From contig JAVLKG010000004.1 of NCBI GenBank assembly GCA_032128875.1, positions 416,001 to 480,000 of the forward strand: a stretch of DNA of 64,000 nt, in the 5' to 3' direction. Made by a program: the position numbers and the translations under genes. Positions 48,019-58,228 of the stretch are shown here, piece by piece (position 1 is the stretch's first letter; each line of letters opens with the position of its first letter). This stretch comes from Candidatus Melainabacteria bacterium 17Bon1m (lineage in GTDB: Bacteria > Cyanobacteriota > Vampirovibrionia > Obscuribacterales > Obscuribacteraceae). The notes under the pieces are model-generated. The model was not told the origin of the DNA. It saw only the letters and a program-made list of their open reading frames with translations, and did not search any database.

Positions 48019-48064
48019 TCGTCAATTGAACGTTTTAGTTTGCTGCATTATTTTGGGGTTAAAC

Positions 48065-49183
48065 ATGAAGCTGCCAGCCGAAATGACTCTTGCACAGATT
48101 GCTCATGTAATTGGCGGTCGTGTTGAGGGTAACGCCGACATAAAAGTGTCGTCCGTGGCCGTCTCGCCTTTGCAGGCGACTGAGAATGATCTGGCGCTTG
48201 TTTTTGATGAGAAGCTGGTTGCTCAACTAGACGATTGCAAGGCCAAAGCCCTTGTAGTCACACCAAAAGCGAAAACCGAACGCCCATGTATCGTCGTTGA
48301 AAGACCGATGTTGGCTGTGCAAAAAATGCTTTCTGCAGTAGCCGTGAAGCGTCACAGCCCTGCGCCCGGTGTTCATCCGACAGCGGTTGTCGATCCCACT
48401 GCAGAACTTGGTGAAGGCGTTGCGATTGGTCCACTGGTTGTAATTGGACCTGGGTGCAAAATTGGTGCAAAGACGGTTATTCATCCAGGCACCATCATTG
48501 GTGCAAAAGTTGAAATTGGCGAATCTTGCTCGGTAGGAGCGGGATGTTTGATCGCTGACGTAATTAAGATCGGTAATCGAGTTATATTGCAGCAAGGGGC
48601 GGTATTGGGCTCTGATGGGTTCGGGTACGTCACTGAGCGCGAATCTAATTTAGAGCGACGCCTGAAAGGCAATCGCGATATCAAAGATGAGTCCAATCCT
48701 CATCTGAAGATCCCTCATATCGGCACAATCATTATTGAAGATGACGTGGAAATTGGCTCCTGCACAACCATCGATCGCAGCACCATGGGTGCCACCACTA
48801 TCGGTCAAGGCACTAAAATAGATAATTTGGTTATGATTGCCCACAATTGCCGCATTGGCAAAGAAGTATTGATTATCGGCACTACCGCTATCGGCGGTTC
48901 TTGCACGATTGAAGATCGAGCGATAATCTCCGGCAGTGCCTGCATCGCAGATCACATTAAGATCGGAAAGGACGCAATTGTTGAAGGCATGGCTGGTGTG
49001 ATTGCCAATGTGCCTGCTGCTGAAGTGCAGGTTGGGGCGCCAGCAGTCGAAAGACGGCAACATATCGAAAGTTTGATTCGCATCAAACGACTGAAAGAAA
49101 CGAATGCCGACGTCAAAGATTTGAAACAGCGCGTGGCAAAGCTTGAAGCATTGCTGGCTGAAAAGGCTTTAGAGAAAGTGTAA
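48065..49183 (+). CDS. lpxD: UDP-3-O-acylglucosamine N-acyltransferase
   Basis: Hexapeptide repeats, [30 protein letters not shown]. Confidence 0.95.
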   Translation: MKLPAEMTLAQIAHVIGGRVEGNADIKVSSVAVSPLQATENDLALVFDEKLVAQLDDCKAKALVVTPKAKTERPCIVVERPMLAVQKMLSAVAVKRHSPAPGVHPTAVVDPTAELGEGVAIGPLVVIGPGCKIGAKTVIHPGTIIGAKVEIGESCSVGAGCLIADVIKIGNRVILQQGAVLGSDGFGYVTERESNLERRLKGNRDIKDESNPHLKIPHIGTIIIEDDVEIGSCTTIDRSTMGATTIGQGTKIDNLVMIAHNCRIGKEVLIIGTTAIGGSCTIEDRAIISGSACIADHIKIGKDAIVEGMAGVIANVPAAEVQVGAPAVERRQHIESLIRIKRLKETNADVKDLKQRVAKLEALLAEKALEKV

Positions 49184-49200
49184 GAGGATAAACAAGGTCG

Positions 49201-50037
49201 ATGACATCACCTTCTGCGAGCGTAAAAGACAAGTTTCGCGTCGAATATAAAGGTCGCGGCGCTACCTCTAAGAAGGATATTGCCGTCGTTATCGAGAGCG
49301 GAGCGCCTGGCTCTGGCATCAATTTTTCAGTGCTGGATGCACGCGAGCAAGCGAAGGGTGCCTATGTCACTTTTCCTGCAAGAGCTGCAAGTGTCGTTAA
49401 TACAATGCGCAATGTGACGCTCGGCAAAGACGGCGTGCGCCTTTGCATTGTCGAGCATATTCTTTGTGCAGTTGCTATCTGGGGTCTGGAAGATGTCCTC
49501 ATCACCGTGGACGGACCAGAACTTCCACTTGGTGACGGCAGCGCAAATTTCTTTATTGAGCTTTTCCGATCCGCTGGTTTAGAGCGTCGTGTGCCGCAGG
49601 CAGATATTGAACTCACTGAAACAGTGACTGTTGGATCTGGCGATCGAATGATACTCGCTGTTCCTGACAGCAAGTTTTCTCTTACCTATTTGATGGATTG
49701 GGATCACCCCAAAATCGGCCGCAAGTGGCAGACATTCGATGCTTCGAGAGAACCTGAAGAAATTGCCACAGCCAGAACTTTTGCGTCGCTCAAAGAGCAT
49801 CAGATGCTTGGACTTGCTGATGACAGCGTCAGCCTGACCGAGGACGGTTTTACCAAACCGCTTCATTTTGATGATGAACCCGTGCGGCACAAGCTATTGG
49901 ATCTTCTTGGTGACCTGACGCTGATTGGTGTTAATCCAATGCGCGTCAAAGCGAAATTCATCAGTATTAAAGGCGGCCACGAAATGGACGTTCAACTGGC
50001 TCGTAAGTTAGAACCTCTTGTAAATACCTCCAAATAA
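49201..50037 (+). CDS. lpxC: UDP-3-O-acyl-N-acetylglucosamine deacetylase
   Basis: IVEHIL, GDGSA, ARTF, EPVRHKLLDLLGDL, GGH. Confidence 0.92.
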   Translation: MTSPSASVKDKFRVEYKGRGATSKKDIAVVIESGAPGSGINFSVLDAREQAKGAYVTFPARAASVVNTMRNVTLGKDGVRLCIVEHILCAVAIWGLEDVLITVDGPELPLGDGSANFFIELFRSAGLERRVPQADIELTETVTVGSGDRMILAVPDSKFSLTYLMDWDHPKIGRKWQTFDASREPEEIATARTFASLKEHQMLGLADDSVSLTEDGFTKPLHFDDEPVRHKLLDLLGDLTLIGVNPMRVKAKFISIKGGHEMDVQLARKLEPLVNTSK

Positions 50038-50081
50038 GGCTTGTCAACAGCTCGTTCTTTTGCACCAGAGATGTTGTTTTG

Positions 50082-50109
50082 GAAAAAAGGTCGTTAACGG
50101 TCTTTTTTC
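50082..50109. repeat. Dispersed 28-bp palindrome, copy 3
   Basis: GAAAAAAGGTCGTTAACGGTCTTTTTTC between lpxC and the next co-oriented gene. Confidence 0.9.
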
Positions 50110-50257
50110 CATAGACAAACGTCCGGGTTTTCCAGGTGGCTGTGGAGCCGCGAATTGCCTTAATATGGGACGTTTGAGACCGTGCAATGAAGGTATGATC
50201 TCGAGGACAAAAGTACATGCAGTTTCCAAGTTGAAGCTGCAATGGAGAGGTGGCGAC

Positions 50258-51730
50258 GTGAAGAAGACGAGTGTCAAAAGAGCAGTATCACTGATAGCGT
50301 TGGCGGCGACTTGCCAGGTGGCTCAGCCGGCATTTGCTTACGATGAAAAGAAGGTTGCGGAGTCATCCGGGGTCAGTCTGACCATTTACAACCAGAATTT
50401 TGGATTGGTAAGAGATACTCGGTCTGTGGAATTGGCTAACGGCATCAACCATGTCCGATTTGAGGATGTGGCAGCAAAAATCGATCCGACATCTGTTAGT
50501 TTCACTTCCTTAACCGCTCCCAACAGCGTTGTTGTCCGCGAACAGAATTATCAATACGACTTAATTGAGCCAACGACAATTCTTTCAAAGTCGGTAGGCA
50601 AAGATGTACGCATAAAGAACTATCTCGCCGGCGGCGGGGTTTCTGAAATCAGTGGCACGCTTATCAATTCTCCTCGGACTTATGTGTCCGACACTGAAGG
50701 GCGTGTTTCGTCCACATATTCCGGTCTGGTAGTGAAGACCGGCAACGGTGTTATCTTGAATCCGCAAGGTCAAGTTGAGCTTTCTGAACTTCCTTCCGGT
50801 CTTGTTCCAAAGCCTTCATTGTTGTGGAAATTGGAGACAGATAAAGCCGGTTCGCACAAAACCGAAATTGCCTATCAAACTGCAGGTTTGAACTGGAAAT
50901 GCGACTATGTTGCTGTCGTGAATAATGATGATACGAAGACGGATTTGACTAGCTGGGTGACTTTGGATAATCAGTCGGGAGCTAGTTATCGTGATGCCAA
51001 TCTGAAATTGTTGGCTGGTGATGTGCATCGCGTAACTGCACCTACAGCTTATCTGGCAAAAGGCATGATGTTCCGTGGAGGAGCTGCAGCCGAAAGTCAA
51101 TTTACCGAACAATCATTTGCCGAGTATCACCTCTATACGATGGCCGGTAAAACTGATGTGAAAGACCATGAAACCAAGCAACTGAGCCTGTTTAATGCGG
51201 CTCAAGTGCCGACTAAGAAGCAATTCGTTTTCGACTCGAACGGTCAATTTTATGCAGGTGGGTGGTCGCCTCAAGGTCAGAGTAAGAAGATCAATGTGAA
51301 ATTGGAGATGGACAATTCAGAGAAGAATAATCTCGGAATGCCCATGCCTAAAGGCAAAGTTCGAGTCTACAAGAAAGACAAGGACGGCGCTTTGCAGTTT
51401 ATCGGTGAAGATCAAATCGATCACACACCTCGCGACGAAAAGGTTCGTCTTTATATCGGCGATGCTTTTGATGTCGTCGGTGAACGTAAGCAGATGAACG
51501 TGCAACGTGTCTCCGATCATGTCACAAGAGTGCAGATGGAAATCAGTCTGCGCAATCACAAGAAAGAGCCGATTACAGTGACCACAGTCGAGCACGCTTA
51601 CGGGCAGTGGAAGATTCTCAATTCATCGCAAGAGTATAAGAAGAAAGACTCCACAACATTTGAATTCGACGTCAAAGTAGCGCCGGATAGCGAAACGAAA
51701 GTCACTTACGAGATCGAGATGCGGTATTAA
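50258..51730 (+). CDS. DUF4139-domain exported protein
   Basis: GAGG RBS with GTG start; LTIYNQNFGLVRD, EQNYQYDL, EYHLY, PMPKGKVRVY, IGEDQIDHTP. Confidence 0.85.
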   Translation: MKKTSVKRAVSLIALAATCQVAQPAFAYDEKKVAESSGVSLTIYNQNFGLVRDTRSVELANGINHVRFEDVAAKIDPTSVSFTSLTAPNSVVVREQNYQYDLIEPTTILSKSVGKDVRIKNYLAGGGVSEISGTLINSPRTYVSDTEGRVSSTYSGLVVKTGNGVILNPQGQVELSELPSGLVPKPSLLWKLETDKAGSHKTEIAYQTAGLNWKCDYVAVVNNDDTKTDLTSWVTLDNQSGASYRDANLKLLAGDVHRVTAPTAYLAKGMMFRGGAAAESQFTEQSFAEYHLYTMAGKTDVKDHETKQLSLFNAAQVPTKKQFVFDSNGQFYAGGWSPQGQSKKINVKLEMDNSEKNNLGMPMPKGKVRVYKKDKDGALQFIGEDQIDHTPRDEKVRLYIGDAFDVVGERKQMNVQRVSDHVTRVQMEISLRNHKKEPITVTTVEHAYGQWKILNSSQEYKKKDSTTFEFDVKVAPDSETKVTYEIEMRY

Positions 51731-52735
51731 TTAGATCGTAACGAGTTGATCTAACGCAATTTGGGCAGCGCCGATAATACCGGCGTCATCGCCTAACGAA
51801 GAGCGATGTATGTCGAGGCGCTCTCCGACTCTGGGCAATGACTTGTCGATGACGAGTTCTTTCAATAAATCGTAGTCGACAAATTTAGCCATGCCGCCCG
51901 AAATGATGAAGCAGTCGGGATCAAGAGTGTGAGCCAGCGTGACGATACCGGCACAAATATGTTCATGCCACGTATCAACGATTCGCTTTGCGATAATGTC
52001 GCCTTCTTTAGCAGCAGCGCAAACTTTATCGACGGCAGGATCAGGAAGCAAAGCCGCCAGCGGAGTTTGATCGACAGTAACATTGGTGAGCATTTCTTTC
52101 GCTGTCGCTCTGAAACCGCGTCCTGAGCCATAAGCTTCCCAACAGTCGAATAGTCCGCAGGTGCACAGACGATGATTATTCAGATTCGCGCGCAAGTGTC
52201 CGATTTCGCCTGCAGCATAATGAGCGCCGCGGAAAAGCTCGCCTTTCATTATTATGCCGCCACCAATACCGGTGCCGAGAGTGACTGCTACGACGCAGGT
52301 TTTGTGGCTCAGCCCGAGAGCTTTTACTTCACCATATGCTGCTGCGTTGGCATCGTTGTCGACATGCACTGGCAGACCTGTTCTGCCTTCAATCTCTTTT
52401 TTGATCGGTGTGCCTGCCCACCCTGGTAAGTTTCCTGTCGAACCAATTACTTCTCCGGTTTCAATATTGACGATACCGGCGGTAGCGATGCCGACGCCAC
52501 TGAGGATGTGGTCTTTTCTTGCTTCTTCGATGAGTTCGACAAGCGTATTGATGATATTCTCCGCGCCCTTCGGCGTCGGTACTTTCTTCGGCTCAGCGAT
52601 AACTTTGAATTCGGCTACAGGAGCGCAACCAATTTTGGTTCCGCCCAGGTCGATGCCGAGAGCCGGCATTTTGTCTTTGAGTATGTTGTCGAGGTCTCTA
52701 TTCTGACTGTCAGCGCTTTTAGCGGATGTCATCAA
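51731..52735 (-). CDS. ROK family sugar kinase (glucokinase-like)
   Basis: GIDLGGTK, DNDANAAAYGE, TLGTGIGGG, GEIGH..CTCG..CWEAY. Confidence 0.93.
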   Translation of the reverse strand: MMTSAKSADSQNRDLDNILKDKMPALGIDLGGTKIGCAPVAEFKVIAEPKKVPTPKGAENIINTLVELIEEARKDHILSGVGIATAGIVNIETGEVIGSTGNLPGWAGTPIKKEIEGRTGLPVHVDNDANAAAYGEVKALGLSHKTCVVAVTLGTGIGGGIIMKGELFRGAHYAAGEIGHLRANLNNHRLCTCGLFDCWEAYGSGRGFRATAKEMLTNVTVDQTPLAALLPDPAVDKVCAAAKEGDIIAKRIVDTWHEHICAGIVTLAHTLDPDCFIISGGMAKFVDYDLLKELVIDKSLPRVGERLDIHRSSLGDDAGIIGAAQIALDQLVTI

Positions 52736-54906
52736 ATTCCACCTAATTGGCCATGGTCGGGACTGCCCTTCAGGACCAAGCGGTTGAAGGGAATCTGTTG
52801 GCCGTAAATCAGGTCGAAGCCCATTCTCTGGTTGCCGGTAAGGAAGTCACGCGACAGAAGCAGCTTGAAATCCTGCGGTCCGATAGCGGCAGTCATCGAC
52901 TTGGAGTACGCCAACTTATCGATGAAGTTGTATCCGACCGAGCCGCCCAGCGTCAAGTATTTGCTCACTCTAAAACCGCCGGCTACGTAAGCAGAACGCG
53001 AGCCCTGAATGAACTGGTCAAAAACGAAGGGCGATTCACCGCGAATAGCCGACTGCGTATAGCCGAGTCTAATTTTGAAACGGTCGGCAACTGCCTCGAT
53101 ATTCGGACCGATCTGCGCCATAGCCATGGCGTCGCCGGTCGAGTAGTAGCGCAGTGCCAAGCCACCCGAAAGGTTTGACGAAACACCGTACTTCTCATTA
53201 CCGATCTTAAAGAGTGGATGGGTTGAGGCGCTGATGGTCTCTGAAAAACGGTAGGCAGAAACTGTTTTTGTCGAAGTGGATTTGTTGAATAGTTTTGCGT
53301 ATTCAGGAGTCAGGTTGATCAACTGAGGATTGTCTTGCGCCCAGCCTGCTGCCGACCTGAAACTCAAACTGGCGAGGAATGGGACCTTATTGGTGGTGCG
53401 CGTATCAACGAATTCGCTCAAAATGCGCGCACGTCTGAAACCGAAAAGACCGTCTTCCATGAAGCGGTTTACACCACCCTGATACCTGGTGGTTCTGCTG
53501 ATCTTATATTTGAGATCGCCAATCAGAAGATCCGAGTTGGAACCGTACGCCAGGTGAGCTTGCAAACGTTTGTTCTGAAAGCCGATTTGAGCGCCCACAC
53601 CAGGCAGGTTTTTCGTTTCGGATGTCGTTCCTTCTAATCGTCTTCCGCCCAACTGAAGCAGTGGCGCGTACGAAAGAACACCATATTTGCCAAGCGATCT
53701 ATGGAAATTCGGCCCCAGGTTGAGACCGCCGGACATCATGTTGTTGCCGATGTACGGAGTGATAGGGAAGACGACGTTATTTTCCTGACCGACGGTAGCG
53801 GTAAATTTCGGCAGCTTGACACCAAGCTTGCCGAACATCATCCTGCCACCAAATACGGTGAGGTTGTCGTGGTCCTTATAACGTTCATATACCATTTTTC
53901 TGGCGCTGAACTTAAAGCTTGCATTCTCGGGAATGTAGGCGTCCGGGTGCAATCTCTTTTCGAAAAGCTCATCTTGATAGTTGAGCGGCGCATAACCGAT
54001 GTTGCTCGAAACCGTAATCGGCTTCGGCATCTTCATGGTGCCGTTTCTGAAGTTCAAACCTTCGTCCGTACCGTAAGCTTTGCGCGCGACAATTGAAGTT
54101 CCTTGTACTTCGGTATCCGGGTTGGTGATCAAATATTCGTCTGAATTGACTTTGAATTTGAAAGCGCTGCCCGTCGTCACTTGTCCGTCGCGATAAATGC
54201 GCACATTGCCGCGCGCATCCATAAGCTCGGTGTTCTGGTCGTACATAATCATGTCGGCTTCCAGCTTGGAATTTTGACCGGCAATGATCGCGACGGCATT
54301 TCCTGTTCCTAGAAATGTATTTTTCTGTTGGTCGTATTCTGTGTCATCGGCAACGATTTGAATCGTTCCTTTGAGAGTGGTGTCTTCGTTGATGGTTAAG
54401 GAGCTCTCATCTATTTTTCCGAGCTCTGGCGAGATGTTTTCCGGCGCCGACTTGAGAGTGTCTGCAGCGGCTTTTTCCGGAGCGCCCATCTGTGGCGAGC
54501 CCACGCCCGAACCATCGGTAGCCCGCCCCGCCGGTGACTTGACGTTGATGTCGTATTCGAGAGATTCGTGAATCGGAGTTGCGAACTGATTCTTTTTATC
54601 TGCGGTCTCGGATGTTTCCGTGGCCGGACTTTCGTCGAGTTTTGGTACGAGCGGGTGCAGCAATGTGCCGACCGGCTCGGATTTTCCAGAATTCTTCGAT
54701 GAAGATTTCGCTTCAGACGGAAGCGCTTGACAAAGTGTCAGATTGCCAGAAACAAAAAGGAGGCAAAGAGAGGTTGCAAAGAGATTTCTTTTCACGCTCT
54801 TCGGGCTTGTCGAGCCGCCTGGTGAAATAATCTTTGCAAGTTGCGACAATCCGCACTGTGCAAGATTGTTTTTGATATAACGAGCCGACAAGGGCTTCAA
54901 AATCAT
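52732..54906 (-). CDS. LptD/OstA-like LPS assembly outer membrane protein (cyanobacterial type)
   Basis: OstA-like jellyroll (IVADDTEYD..GNA..LEADMIMYD..ARGNV) followed by an amphipathic beta-strand-rich region. Confidence 0.65.
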   Translation of the reverse strand: MILKPLSARYIKNNLAQCGLSQLAKIISPGGSTSPKSVKRNLFATSLCLLFVSGNLTLCQALPSEAKSSSKNSGKSEPVGTLLHPLVPKLDESPATETSETADKKNQFATPIHESLEYDINVKSPAGRATDGSGVGSPQMGAPEKAAADTLKSAPENISPELGKIDESSLTINEDTTLKGTIQIVADDTEYDQQKNTFLGTGNAVAIIAGQNSKLEADMIMYDQNTELMDARGNVRIYRDGQVTTGSAFKFKVNSDEYLITNPDTEVQGTSIVARKAYGTDEGLNFRNGTMKMPKPITVSSNIGYAPLNYQDELFEKRLHPDAYIPENASFKFSARKMVYERYKDHDNLTVFGGRMMFGKLGVKLPKFTATVGQENNVVFPITPYIGNNMMSGGLNLGPNFHRSLGKYGVLSYAPLLQLGGRRLEGTTSETKNLPGVGAQIGFQNKRLQAHLAYGSNSDLLIGDLKYKISRTTRYQGGVNRFMEDGLFGFRRARILSEFVDTRTTNKVPFLASLSFRSAAGWAQDNPQLINLTPEYAKLFNKSTSTKTVSAYRFSETISASTHPLFKIGNEKYGVSSNLSGGLALRYYSTGDAMAMAQIGPNIEAVADRFKIRLGYTQSAIRGESPFVFDQFIQGSRSAYVAGGFRVSKYLTLGGSVGYNFIDKLAYSKSMTAAIGPQDFKLLLSRDFLTGNQRMGFDLIYGQQIPFNRLVLKGSPDHGQLGGI

Positions 54907-55223
54907 TGTTAGTCCTTCTGGTTTCTTCTGACTATCGGCGGTTTTTATTCTCGAGTTTCAAATCCCGCACCAACCGGCGCAACTGAATGAAACTCCACCG
55001 CGGATGTCAACATCGGGTGACAATACTATAAAGAAATGGCACTCAGGTCAAGGAACATCTACCAATCTAGTATTACTAAGCATGTATTCAGGGGAGCCGA
55101 CGCTGCGATTCAATTGAACTTTGTAGACGGCTAGACGTGTACAGCGTGCAAAGTGTTTCCATGAGAATTTATTAGCAACTTTTATTTCTTAGCAAACGAT
55201 ATATCGCCGCTCGAAATCGAATT

Positions 55224-56378
55224 ATGAACCCATTTGTTTTTCATGTACCTACCAAAATTGCCTTCGGAGAAGGACTGGCAAGCGGCACTGCCGATATTGT
55301 CAAGGAGTTGGCAGGTAATCGCGCCCTGATCCTTACCGATAAGCCTCTGATGAAGACAGGTATTGTCGAACAGATACTGATGGGTTTCGGTGATATGAAG
55401 TATGTCGTTTTTGACGATGTGCCACCCGATTCAGATGTCGATTGCGTTAATAAAGTGGCCGATTTGGCACGCGCCGAAGAATGCGATTGCATTGTGGCGA
55501 TTGGCGGTGGATCGGTGATGGATACGGCTAAAGTCGTAAACATTTGCCTGACGCTTGGCGGTGAAATTCTCGAATATCAAGGATTGAATAATATCGCAGA
55601 ACAATTGCTGCCACTGGTGGCGGTGCCAACCACGGCAGGCACCGGTTCGGAAGTATCGATGGTGGCGATGGTAAAAGACAGAGCAGAAGGGAAGAAACTG
55701 CTTTTCGGAAGTCGCTACTTGGCACCATCAGTGGCTGTTCTCGATCCCTTGCTTACTGTTTCTCTGCCGCCCAAACTGACCGCCGCTACCGGCTTGGACG
55801 CTCTCACACACGCAGTCGAATCTTATACGGCGGTAATCAGCAATTCTGTTTTTACAGATTCGCTTTGTATAGATTCTACTAAGATGATCTTCGAGAATCT
55901 GCGCGCTGCCACTAATGACGGTGGCAACATCGAAGCGCGATCACAGATGCTCGTTGCCAGTACTATGGCGGGTGTTGCTTTCACCAATTCAGGAGTTGGT
56001 GTGGTCCACGCACTTGCTCACTCGGTCGGTGCAAAATTCGGAACTCATCACGGCATTGCCAACTGCATCTTTCTGCCTCACGGAATGCAATTCAATATGG
56101 ACGCTGTGACTGAGCGATACGCCAAACTCTCACGACTGGTCGGCATGTCTACATCCAGTAAAGACTCAGTCGCAGCAGCGGAGTTGATTGAAGCAATCGA
56201 AAAGCTTTGCACCGACTGCGGCTTGCCCAGGCGTCTGAGAGATGCCGGTGTTCCGGAGTTGAAGAGTGACGACATTGAAGAACTAACCTTTTTAACAGGC
56301 TCGGATCCTGCCATAATGTTCAATCCTAAAGAATGTTCACCCGAAGATATTAAAGGGTTATACGAGAGGGCGTATTGA
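55224..56378 (+). CDS. Iron-containing alcohol dehydrogenase
   Basis: GGGSVMD, PTTAGTGSE, GLDALTHAVE, HALAH..HHG. Confidence 0.95.
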   Translation: MNPFVFHVPTKIAFGEGLASGTADIVKELAGNRALILTDKPLMKTGIVEQILMGFGDMKYVVFDDVPPDSDVDCVNKVADLARAEECDCIVAIGGGSVMDTAKVVNICLTLGGEILEYQGLNNIAEQLLPLVAVPTTAGTGSEVSMVAMVKDRAEGKKLLFGSRYLAPSVAVLDPLLTVSLPPKLTAATGLDALTHAVESYTAVISNSVFTDSLCIDSTKMIFENLRAATNDGGNIEARSQMLVASTMAGVAFTNSGVGVVHALAHSVGAKFGTHHGIANCIFLPHGMQFNMDAVTERYAKLSRLVGMSTSSKDSVAAAELIEAIEKLCTDCGLPRRLRDAGVPELKSDDIEELTFLTGSDPAIMFNPKECSPEDIKGLYERAY

Positions 56379-56785
56379 TGCAGTTTTTCGCAAATACCGA
56401 CGAGCTTCACCAAGTGATGAAAGAACTTTGGGCACGCATCGGCAGAGACCCTGACATGTCCGAGAAGCTTTTGCAGTCAAAATTAATCGTGCAGTTTCAA
56501 TACCGCGAGCCGGAAGGTCGCGTAACCGTCGACTGCTCGGACGGCAAAGAAATGAAAGTGATGGTTGGCAAACAACCGATCAAACCGATTGTCGAAATGG
56601 CTATGAAAGCAGATGTTGCTCATGATTTTTGGCTTGGTAAAGTAAACGTTCCTTTTGCAATCGTGAGCGGCAAAATCATGGCACGCGGCCCCGTCGCCAA
56701 GGCACTGCAGCTTTTGCCCGTCATCAAGCCTGCTTTCGATATTTATCCCAACGTCATCAGTCAGCACAAGAAAGTGATGGCTTAG
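56375..56785 (+). CDS. SCP2 sterol/lipid-binding domain protein
   Basis: MKADVAHDFWLGKVN..AIVSGKIMARGP; start overlaps the ADH stop. Confidence 0.75.
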   Translation: MMQFFANTDELHQVMKELWARIGRDPDMSEKLLQSKLIVQFQYREPEGRVTVDCSDGKEMKVMVGKQPIKPIVEMAMKADVAHDFWLGKVNVPFAIVSGKIMARGPVAKALQLLPVIKPAFDIYPNVISQHKKVMA

Positions 56786-56821
56786 CCTCAGCTGTCTGCG
56801 ACCAATAGGACACATTGAAAA

Positions 56822-57964
56822 ATGTCGGTGGTGACAATCGGCGAAGTCGTAGTCGACTGGATTTCGACAGAAATCGGTACAGATTTTACTGACGCCAGAG
56901 ATTTTGTTCGCTCCTTGGGCGGCAATGCTTCCAATGTGGCAATCGGTCTGGCGCGTCTAGGCGTGCCCGTTAGCTTGATCGGCAAACGCGGTGACGATCC
57001 GCATGGGAAATACCTCGACACTGTGCTGCAAAACGAAAAGGTCGATCTAAAAGATCTCATCGTTGATCAAGGCAGTCCGACTGCACAATGTTATGTGTTT
57101 CGCCACGAGCGCGAAGAATACAGCTTCTTCAACTGGCCGCGCCCGAACGCCAGTCATCTGCTTACCGAAGATGAAGTCAAAGAAGAATCGATTGCTGCTG
57201 CTGAATTTTTGCATGCCACCGGAATTTCTCTAACCATTGCGCCTCGAAGGCATGCAGTTATAAAAGCATTTAGGATCGCAAAACGGCTTGGTGTGCCGAT
57301 TTCCTTTGATGCTGGATTTCCCACAGGTGAAGACAGAGAGGCTCGCGAATTTGCCCTTACTGCACTTAAAACCGCAGATATCGTCAAAGTCAACTTAAGC
57401 GAATTGGAGTTTTGGACCGACGCACTCGAGCAGGAATCGAAGGCTGAGAAAAGAGCTGGCGCGTCCAGCGGCATCATGCCTAACAAACCTTTGACTGCGA
57501 CTATTGTCGAGCCGTTAGATAAGGACTCTAAGAGAGCATCTGACCAAGTCGTTCAATTGGGCAAAAAACTAAGCGCATTTTTGAACGGCGCGGACGTGAA
57601 GTCGGGTCCGCATCTTATAGTTACCCTGGGAGCGTCCGGCAGTCTGCTAGTGACGCGTTCGGGAATTGATGTTTTTGCTCCGCCACTGCCGGCTGATGCG
57701 GTTTCTGAATTAGGTGCCGGGGATGCTTTTATCGCGGGCATGATAGCCGAGCTGCTCAGGTTTGCAAAAGAGAAGGGACATGACTCCAGCGCCAGTGATG
57801 CACGTGTTTGCCCCGCATTTCTTGCCGATCTAAAAGACGCGGATTGGCGTCGAGTTTTGACTGCTGCCAATGCTGTGGGGGCTCTTTCGACACGTTCTAT
57901 GACCGCCTGGGAAGGGTTGCCCACCGGCGAGGAGCTGTCTTTATTAGTGAAAACCGTAGTCTAA
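56822..57964 (+). CDS. PfkB family carbohydrate kinase
   Basis: GGNASNVAIGLARLG, VTLGASG, GAGDAFIAG. Confidence 0.93.
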   Translation: MSVVTIGEVVVDWISTEIGTDFTDARDFVRSLGGNASNVAIGLARLGVPVSLIGKRGDDPHGKYLDTVLQNEKVDLKDLIVDQGSPTAQCYVFRHEREEYSFFNWPRPNASHLLTEDEVKEESIAAAEFLHATGISLTIAPRRHAVIKAFRIAKRLGVPISFDAGFPTGEDREAREFALTALKTADIVKVNLSELEFWTDALEQESKAEKRAGASSGIMPNKPLTATIVEPLDKDSKRASDQVVQLGKKLSAFLNGADVKSGPHLIVTLGASGSLLVTRSGIDVFAPPLPADAVSELGAGDAFIAGMIAELLRFAKEKGHDSSASDARVCPAFLADLKDADWRRVLTAANAVGALSTRSMTAWEGLPTGEELSLLVKTVV

Positions 57965-58057
57965 CTGGCTCGTTTTACATGAAATCCTGGTCCCGCGGGC
58001 TATCTTTTGGCGGTTTCTAAGGGTAGACTAATCTTCGTATCAGTTACTGGTGCCTTT

Positions 58058-58192
58058 ATGGAAGCCATTGCCAATCTTGTCGGCATGTTTCATGTCGCAT
58101 CCATAGTAGTCATAATCGGCCTTGTCGCCTTTTCGCTATTGGTGATTTTTCTTCTGCTCAAGGTGTGGCAGCCCGACTGGGACGGCAATTAG
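58058..58192 (+). CDS. Small single-TM protein (44 aa)
   Basis: Strongly hydrophobic ORF filling the intergenic gap, with C-terminal WQPDWDGN. Confidence 0.5.
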   Translation: MEAIANLVGMFHVASIVVIIGLVAFSLLVIFLLLKVWQPDWDGN

Positions 58193-58228
58193 ACCGTCAG
58201 ACAATGTTTGTAAATTCAATCGTTCACA

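Noticed and set aside
50060-50257. N-terminal extension of the DUF4139 ORF
   Set aside because: It runs through the palindromic repeat; GTG50258 has an RBS and begins a signal peptide.
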